DNA from: Candidatus Latescibacterota bacterium
GTDB lineage: Bacteria > Latescibacterota > UBA2968
Length of the DNA: 64,000 nt
Assembly: GCA_965116885.1 (NCBI GenBank)
Contig: OZ220741.1
Span: 320,001 to 384,000, forward strand
Direction: 5' to 3'
Shown: piece after piece, positions 57,848-64,000 of the stretch
How positions within the stretch are numbered: position 1 is the stretch's first letter
Layout: every line of letters starts with the position of its first letter
Notes under the pieces: model-generated
The model's input: the letters and a program-made list of their open reading frames with translations, nothing else
Database searches by the model: none
What the model was told of the DNA's origin: nothing
Position numbers and translations under genes: made by a program

Positions 57848-59587
57848 TTACGCCGCACTCGCCTTACTCCGAATCTTCGTCAGATGGAAAGGCGTTGCCG
57901 CCCGTCCGCCCTCGGGCAGTCCAAGAGGCAATTTCACATCCAGCAAAAAGGGGCGCTCCTCGCCCTCTACCACATCCAATCCCCGCGCAATAGCACTCTC
58001 TAAATCCGATTCCTCATCAACCTGCATCCCCTCCACACCAAACCCCTCTGCAATTTTCACCGGATCAATCCCATCCAGAACCACGCCCGGGTACTCTCCC
58101 GTCTCCTTCATCACCCCGCCCGCCCGCTCAAAATTGGTCGCCACAATCCCATAAGACCGATTATTTGGAATCACAAAAAGCACCGGAATCTGGTGGTGGG
58201 CAGCCGTCCAAAGCCCGGAATCGGCATAATACATCGACCCATCGCCCACCAGCCCAACCACGGGCTTGTGCGGCACCGCCAGCTTCAACCCAATCGTACC
58301 ACCAATCCCATAACCCTCCGATCCCCCAGCCGCCCGGATATAGGCATTGCGCCCTGCGCCATAAGCATCACCCCGACTATCTATTGGCAGGGCGTATTGC
58401 TCGACCATCATCAAACCACCACCCAACCTCTCCAGCCCCCGATCGATTGCATCCACCAGCACATAGGGTCTCACTTGCCCGGCCTCCTGCGCCACGCGCT
58501 TTGCCGCCGCTTTTCGCTTTGCGTGAAGAGAAGCAGCGTGCATCTCGGCGCGGGCGAGACGCTCGGCAAAAGACACCTGAGACGAAGCGCGCTCAAGACA
58601 TTCAAGCGTCCTGAACTCATCTGCTAAAATCGCGAGATCCAATCCCGGAAGATTCGTAAAATTCTCGACATCTGGCCCAATCCCAATCAGGCGTTGCGCC
58701 CCCGACAACGCATTAAAATCCTGGGGTTTCCCGCGACCATTGTGGCGCACGCCAATGCACACAATCAGATCGGGTGACACCTCGGCAACAGCCTCTGCGA
58801 TCCGCCCGCAGTGAAGACTGTGGCTTTGCGGAGTCCTGCGCATCTCCGTCCACGTACCCGCAATCGGGCAGCCATACTGCTCTGCCAGCGCCATAACCCG
58901 CGCCTCTGCCCCACTCTTCCAAATACCGTCCCCAACATAAAACAGCGGACGCTGGGCATCGGACAACGCGCGAATAACAGCTTCGACATCCTCATCTGCC
59001 GGATAACCCGCCCGCACCGACTGAGTCTCCCCCTCAATAATCTCTGTACTCACCCTATCATTTCCGAGCAACCGATCGTAAACAGCGAGGTGAACCGGAC
59101 CGACCGGCGGTGTTTTGGCAACCCGCAACGCGCGCTCAATCGCCTGCGGCAAGCCATCCGATTCAATCACCGTCCAACTCGCCTTGGTAAAAGGCTCCGC
59201 AATCGACGTTGGCCCCACATTGTGCGTCAAATCCAGACCCACCCGGTCTCCATAACTCCCCGTATCCCCCGCAAACGTAAGCACCACAACGGGCAGACTA
59301 CCACTCCAAACATTGATCAACTGCCCCAAACACTGCGCCAACCCGGCACCCAGATGGACGACCATCACGGCCGGATCGAGATTTCCCTGTGTATATCCCC
59401 CCGCCATCGCGGCTACACTCCCCTCGTGAAGTGCCAGAATACCGTGAACATTGGGATTTATGTGGAGCGCGTCAAAAAAGAGCGCCTCCCGAGAGCCAGA
59501 GTTGTTAAACACATACTGCACGCCCAGCGCGGCGAGTTGCTCGACGATAATTTCGGATGGGGTCGCTGTAATAGATCTCTTTTTCAT
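57848..59587 (-). CDS. Thiamine-diphosphate enzyme (benzoylformate decarboxylase-like)
   Basis: GVQYVF.N.GS.E, LALHEG..AAMA.GY, GDGS.YY...LWTAAH..NNRSYG. Confidence 0.85.
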   Translation of the reverse strand: MKKRSITATPSEIIVEQLAALGVQYVFNNSGSREALFFDALHINPNVHGILALHEGSVAAMAGGYTQGNLDPAVMVVHLGAGLAQCLGQLINVWSGSLPVVVLTFAGDTGSYGDRVGLDLTHNVGPTSIAEPFTKASWTVIESDGLPQAIERALRVAKTPPVGPVHLAVYDRLLGNDRVSTEIIEGETQSVRAGYPADEDVEAVIRALSDAQRPLFYVGDGIWKSGAEARVMALAEQYGCPIAGTWTEMRRTPQSHSLHCGRIAEAVAEVSPDLIVCIGVRHNGRGKPQDFNALSGAQRLIGIGPDVENFTNLPGLDLAILADEFRTLECLERASSQVSFAERLARAEMHAASLHAKRKAAAKRVAQEAGQVRPYVLVDAIDRGLERLGGGLMMVEQYALPIDSRGDAYGAGRNAYIRAAGGSEGYGIGGTIGLKLAVPHKPVVGLVGDGSMYYADSGLWTAAHHQIPVLFVIPNNRSYGIVATNFERAGGVMKETGEYPGVVLDGIDPVKIAEGFGVEGMQVDEESDLESAIARGLDVVEGEERPFLLDVKLPLGLPEGGRAATPFHLTKIRSKASAA

Positions 59588-59765
59588 AACCCCTCACCTC
59601 CTTGGCAATTTGTCCTGAAAAAACCCATTGTGAAGTATGATAACCCCGCGCCCAGAACAGCACAAGCAATACCAGAACAGGTGAGATTTCCATTGTCGCG
59701 TTCGGGATGCACTTTATATTGCTGCGGCAAAGCTCTTCAGAATTCTTTAAATACAGGAGACCACA

Positions 59766-60848
59766 ATGAAAATCACAGATATCAAAATGACAGTTGTAAA
59801 ACAACGCCTGGAAAAACCATTCTGGAACTCGATTGTCACCACGCGCTCCAAGTCCCGCGCCAGATTGGAAATATATACAAATGAAGGCTTGATAGGCATG
59901 ACCATGTGTTCGGGATCTGTGCGGACAAAGTTGAACACCCTAAAAGAAAAATTGATCGGCGAAGATCCCATGCGTATCGCGTATTTGTGGGAAAAACTAT
60001 TCATGGGCGGCACGCGCAAACCCATAGCCAAAGGCGAATACATCAACGCGATCAGCGCAGCCGACAACGCCCTCTGGGACTTAAAGGGCAAAGCACTCAA
60101 CCAACCCGTATGGAAATTACTCGGCGGCGTCCAAAGCAAACTGTGGGCCTATGCCGCGGGTGGATATTACGAAGAAGGCAAGGGAATACCAGAACTCTGC
60201 GAAGAAATGACAACATATCTAAGCCAGGGATTTCAAGCAGTAAAAATGAAAGTGGGATGGCCGGGAATCACATTGAAAGAAGACGCAGAACGGGTACACG
60301 TCGTACGCAAAGCCATAGGCGACGACATCGCCCTGATGATCGACGCGAACAACGCCTGGGACGCGCATACCGCAATTCGATTCGGACGCATGATAGAAGC
60401 CTACGCCCCCTACTGGTATGAAGAACCCGTGCGCCCGGACGATCTCGAAGGCTCGGCACTCGTCGCCGGGGCACTGGACTATCCAGTTGCCAGTGGAGAA
60501 AACGAAGCCACGCGCTGGGGATTTCGCGACCTGATCGAACGCGGCGGTGTACGCATCGTTCAGGCCGATCCAAACAACTGCGGCGGAATCAGCGAATGGA
60601 TGAAAATTGCGGCCATGGCCAGCGCCCATCACCTGCAAATGGCCCCGCATGGGCAGGGAGCCCTGGGTTGCGTCTTAGTCGCCGCAGTAGATAATGGACT
60701 GGTAGTGGAAAATTACCTGCGAAACTTCAGTACAGATATGGTCGGCGATTTAGAATTTAAAGACGGACACGTCATTATGGACGACGCACCCGGTCTGGGC
60801 ATTGAATGGAATGAAGACCTGATCGAAAAGCATGGCGAAAAGTATTAA
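59766..60848 (+). CDS. Mandelate racemase/muconate lactonizing enolase family
   Basis: ALWDLKGK, KMKVG, IDAN, YEEP, SGEN, APH. Confidence 0.92.
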   Translation: MKITDIKMTVVKQRLEKPFWNSIVTTRSKSRARLEIYTNEGLIGMTMCSGSVRTKLNTLKEKLIGEDPMRIAYLWEKLFMGGTRKPIAKGEYINAISAADNALWDLKGKALNQPVWKLLGGVQSKLWAYAAGGYYEEGKGIPELCEEMTTYLSQGFQAVKMKVGWPGITLKEDAERVHVVRKAIGDDIALMIDANNAWDAHTAIRFGRMIEAYAPYWYEEPVRPDDLEGSALVAGALDYPVASGENEATRWGFRDLIERGGVRIVQADPNNCGGISEWMKIAAMASAHHLQMAPHGQGALGCVLVAAVDNGLVVENYLRNFSTDMVGDLEFKDGHVIMDDAPGLGIEWNEDLIEKHGEKY

Positions 60849-60856
60849 AGGATGTT

Positions 60857-61660
60857 TCAACCTGCAATCACCTCTCGCAGGTGGGCAACCGCCAGCCGGA
60901 TCACCTCCGTATCGTCGCACGCATTCAAATCCTTGCCTTCAAAAACCACCGAAACCGTGCCGTTGAAGTCCACATCCTTCAGGATCTGAATAATCCGCGG
61001 ATAATCCAGCCACGCCTCCTCCCCCGTATCGATCTTGTAAAACTTGGCCCGGACATGAGCCGTATATGGCGCTATCTGTTCCATAAACGCATAGATATCC
61101 ACCTCTGGATCCGGCACGCCCTGGTTCCGCGCGGGCGATCCGACCCACTGTCCGGTATCCATAATAAGCGTAAAATTGTCCCGATCTGTCTGTTCCAGAA
61201 TCCGCAGCACATCTTCCCCCGTAGAAGGATGGTTCTGTAGCCCTACGACAATCCCCTTCTCTGCGGCATAATCGGCCGCATCCTGAAAACACCGGATTTC
61301 CCGCCTCTGCGCTTCGGCATCCTTCAGCGGAGGCCCGCAAAACAACCGGATCATAGGCGCACCTATAAACGCCGCCGTATCCACATCTGCTCTGACCTGA
61401 GCCAGTTTCTCAGCCAGATCTGCATCGGCCCCCACAAAATGCCCACCCGAAGCCAGATACCCGATAGACAGCCCGTACCGGAGGCACCGCATCTTCACCT
61501 CGAACAAGTACGCTGGCTGCTTCGATCGAAATCCGCGCCCGCTGTGGAAATCGATCACGTCCAGCTTCAATTGGTACGCCAGTTGGATATAGCTCTCCAC
61601 ACTCTCCAGACGCGGCGGATCATCCTTCCCAAACATCGAAGCGTACACACCCACTTTCAT
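60857..61660 (-). CDS. Sugar phosphate isomerase/epimerase (xylose isomerase-like TIM barrel)
   Basis: IGAPMIRLF.G, LQNH, DTG.W, HVRAK, LDY..I...L....FNG. Confidence 0.8.
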   Translation of the reverse strand: MKVGVYASMFGKDDPPRLESVESYIQLAYQLKLDVIDFHSGRGFRSKQPAYLFEVKMRCLRYGLSIGYLASGGHFVGADADLAEKLAQVRADVDTAAFIGAPMIRLFCGPPLKDAEAQRREIRCFQDAADYAAEKGIVVGLQNHPSTGEDVLRILEQTDRDNFTLIMDTGQWVGSPARNQGVPDPEVDIYAFMEQIAPYTAHVRAKFYKIDTGEEAWLDYPRIIQILKDVDFNGTVSVVFEGKDLNACDDTEVIRLAVAHLREVIAG

Positions 61661-61675
61661 ACTATGCCCCCTGAT

Positions 61676-62683
61676 TCAAACATTCCACACCCGCTCAAAC
61701 AGATTCATCCAATTCCCGCCCAACAGTTTGGTGATATCCTCGGCACTGTACCCGCGATTGACGAGTGCCTCTGCCAGATTGGGAAACTCCGCTGGACTGT
61801 CAATCCCCTTCGGTTGAAAACTCAGTTCGGTGTATGGCACCGAGCCATCGGCAAAAGTCGAGGGAAACTTCGTACCCTGCTGTGAACCGATATAATGCCA
61901 GAACTCGAGCGGCTGATCGTGCGTGGAATCCGTCCCAATAGCCACGTGATCAATACCGACCCGCTCTACCATATCGTCGATAGCATCGACAAAATCCTCG
62001 ACAGTCGAATCGAATCCTTTGGGAAGAAAATGCGCGTAAGACGTGGCACCCACAACGCCCCCCTTTTCGGCCAGAAGCTTGAGCGCATCTTCCTCCTTGT
62101 TCCGCGGATGATTGCAAAAACTGCGCGCATTGGCATGGGTAATGGCGACCGGCTGCTCGGACATCTCAATGGCGTCCATCGTCGTTTTCGGACCGACATG
62201 CGATAGGTCAATAACAATACCGAGCCGGTTCATTTCGCGCACCGCATCCACGCCAAAATTGCTCAGGCCACCATCGGTTCGCTCCCAGCAGCCACTACCC
62301 AGCAAATTGGTCTCGTGATAGGTCAGTTGAATCACCCGCACACCCAGAGCGAGAAACAGCCCCAGGCGATCCAGCTCGTTTTCTATGGGCGAAGCATTCT
62401 GGAAACTGAGAATAATCCCGGTCTTCCCCTGCTCTTTGGCGGCATAAATATCGGCCGTCTCTTTCACCTGCAAAATATCATCGCGCTCGCGAAAGCGCCG
62501 CATCCACGCCGACAGATGCGCCATAGTCTGCACAAAATTTTCCCACGTAGCCACCGTGGCATTGATCGCGGTAATATTGCCTGCTCGCAAACGCCTGAAC
62601 ACCGCGTCGCTCTCCCAGTTGCTAATGCTCAGGCCATCTATCACAATCGCCTCGTCGTAGATCTTCCTCGCATCCGTACTCAT
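61676..62683 (-). CDS. Membrane dipeptidase (M19) family
   Basis: IVIDGL, LGVRVIQLTY, MNRLG.VIDLSH, HPRNK, IGTD, LLGGNW. Confidence 0.9.
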   Translation of the reverse strand: MSTDARKIYDEAIVIDGLSISNWESDAVFRRLRAGNITAINATVATWENFVQTMAHLSAWMRRFRERDDILQVKETADIYAAKEQGKTGIILSFQNASPIENELDRLGLFLALGVRVIQLTYHETNLLGSGCWERTDGGLSNFGVDAVREMNRLGIVIDLSHVGPKTTMDAIEMSEQPVAITHANARSFCNHPRNKEEDALKLLAEKGGVVGATSYAHFLPKGFDSTVEDFVDAIDDMVERVGIDHVAIGTDSTHDQPLEFWHYIGSQQGTKFPSTFADGSVPYTELSFQPKGIDSPAEFPNLAEALVNRGYSAEDITKLLGGNWMNLFERVWNV

Positions 62684-62698
62684 CGGCCTGTACCCCTA

Positions 62699-63799
62699 TC
62701 AATAATCCGACACTGCCCCATCCCGGAGCCTCGCATTCGGCCACTCGAATGGACGCGCTGGATTCTTACCCACTTCAATTGCACGCGCTTCATTGACCTC
62801 AACGCCCAGCCCGGGTCCCTCGGGCAACGACACATAACCTTCGTCATCCATTTCCCAGGTCTTAATCGCCACATCTTCGGGAAGCACACCCGCATAGCCC
62901 TCGTGAATCAAAAACATCGGCACCGACGCCGCCACATGCAGGCTCGCCGTCAAACCCAGGTGAGACATCGTGCAATGCGGTGCAATAGGGACAAAATGCG
63001 CTTCGGCGAGTGCAGCCACCTTCTTCATCTGGGTAATCCCCCCACCGTGACCGCAATCCGGCTGAAGCACATCGATCACCTGCGCCTCCAAAATCTCCCG
63101 CACCTCCCAGATCGTGCGATCCCGCTCACCCGTCGCAAGGGGCACCGGCACCATCTCGCGAACCTTCTTCATATTCTCTATATTCCCCGGCACCCACGCC
63201 TCTTCCAAAAACAGCAAATCATCGGACTTCAAATAGCCCGCAAACTGCCTGACCAGAGGTGGCGGCAAACAGCTATGCGCATCGAACATCACGGCACCAT
63301 CGTGTCCCACCTTCTCCCTCGCATCTTTAATCTTCTGAACAATTGCCTCAATCTCGGCAGGCGTACCCGCAAAATACTGGGCGCCGCCCGGTCCCGTCTT
63401 GATCGCCTTTGGACTTGGATACATCCATATCTTATCCCGACACGGACCGCCCAACAGGCGATACACCGGAACCCCGTGCAGCTTGCCACAGATATCCCAC
63501 AGTGCCATATCAATCGCGGAAATCGTGTGAACCATCAAACCGCCGTTGCGAATATTGCGATGTGCGCGGAACATCCGTTGCCAGAGATGCTCCGTACGCG
63601 TGGGATTCTCTCCAATAATCAACTCGGAAAGCGACTCTGCAAGCGCGCAAGTCACCTTTGTATCCATATTATTGATCTCACCCCAGCCCGTAATCCCGGC
63701 ATTTGTCTCGATCTTGACATATCCCTTCACCCCAATCGGTATCGCGGTCAACCCCGTAACGCGAATACGCGATGCTCTGTCTTCGTGATCATTGCTCAT
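62699..63799 (-). CDS. Enolase-superfamily acid-sugar dehydratase (galactonate dehydratase-like)
   Basis: GGAGG before MSND, G.TGWGE, SAIDMALWDI.GK, FDAH, FLEE, ATGER, QPD.GH.GGI, APH. Confidence 0.9.
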   Translation of the reverse strand: MSNDHEDRASRIRVTGLTAIPIGVKGYVKIETNAGITGWGEINNMDTKVTCALAESLSELIIGENPTRTEHLWQRMFRAHRNIRNGGLMVHTISAIDMALWDICGKLHGVPVYRLLGGPCRDKIWMYPSPKAIKTGPGGAQYFAGTPAEIEAIVQKIKDAREKVGHDGAVMFDAHSCLPPPLVRQFAGYLKSDDLLFLEEAWVPGNIENMKKVREMVPVPLATGERDRTIWEVREILEAQVIDVLQPDCGHGGGITQMKKVAALAEAHFVPIAPHCTMSHLGLTASLHVAASVPMFLIHEGYAGVLPEDVAIKTWEMDDEGYVSLPEGPGLGVEVNEARAIEVGKNPARPFEWPNARLRDGAVSDY

Positions 63800-63903
63800 A
63801 CATTCCTCCGCAAATAGAAGTGTAACGCGCATATTAGTCGAACAGCTTGACCAAACAGAGTGTAATTTAGCGTTTGAAAAAAAATATGGTATCTTTATTT
63901 TAC

Positions 63904-64000
63904 AGCCCGTAAGACCCACTCGCAGAGAGCTTTAGTGTTGGGTCGCATGGCGAAGGGCTTCCGAATTTATGGTGCGGTGCTTCCGTGTAAAATCATCACG
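63904..64000 (+). mobile_element. Left end of a second IS200/IS605-family element or derivative, truncated by the window
   Basis: AGCCCGTAAG as in the left end at 6059-6050, plus hairpin CCCACTCGCAGAGAGCTTTAGTGTTGGG differing by one base from the right-end hairpin of the first element. Confidence 0.75.

Noticed and set aside
62315..63817. 500-aa plus-strand ORF and similar long antisense ORFs (e.g. 8454-9392, 56682-57695, 58811-59884)
   Set aside because: They are mirror frames of well-supported minus-strand genes and show no recognisable motifs.
1..64000. tRNA, rRNA, prophage or integrase
   Set aside because: None recognised by eye. A covariance-model scan would be needed to exclude small RNAs.

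Overview
A 64-kb bacterial chromosomal window from a diderm organism. C-terminal FlgD-Ig and dockerin/EF-hand-like tags suggest an FCB-related lineage such as Latescibacterota; this is inference only. Most of 7.6-49.5 kb concerns metal and cofactor handling. (i) A Fur/Zur-headed, minus-strand metal-starvation cluster contains a GC-rich block (fur, a MITE-split cbiM-N fusion, a T-component/ATPase fusion, two COG0523 GTPases, WD40). It continues with an ABC/FtsX/DUF3299 set, MerC, a His-rich lipoprotein and a tandem ~3.3-kb duplication of a module: His/CxxC leader ending in RSPP -> His-rich lipoprotein -> ZnuD-like TonB receptor. cobQ and a chlorite-dismutase/HemQ-like gene follow. (ii) A cobalamin-riboswitch operon for corrinoid uptake and remodelling (btuF, btuB, surface propeller, cobO, cbiZ, cbiB, btuD, btuC) also carries a secreted double-Cache protein and hicBA. 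(iii) Cys-poor rpmG/rpmB sit behind a Zur-like box, near folE2, sufE, hemB and cysS. (iv) There is a SCO/PCuAC/cytochrome c copper set. Flanking regions hold a MerR-sigma factor operon with twin operators, a ZTP riboswitch-purH unit, a complete tnpB-only IS200/IS605 element, the left end of a related element at the window edge, an orphan adenine methylase, a putative toxin-antitoxin pair and catabolic enzymes. The best candidate for an undescribed system is the duplicated RSPP-leader metal-uptake module. No rRNA, tRNA or CRISPR array was seen. All assignments are by eye from motifs, without database searches.
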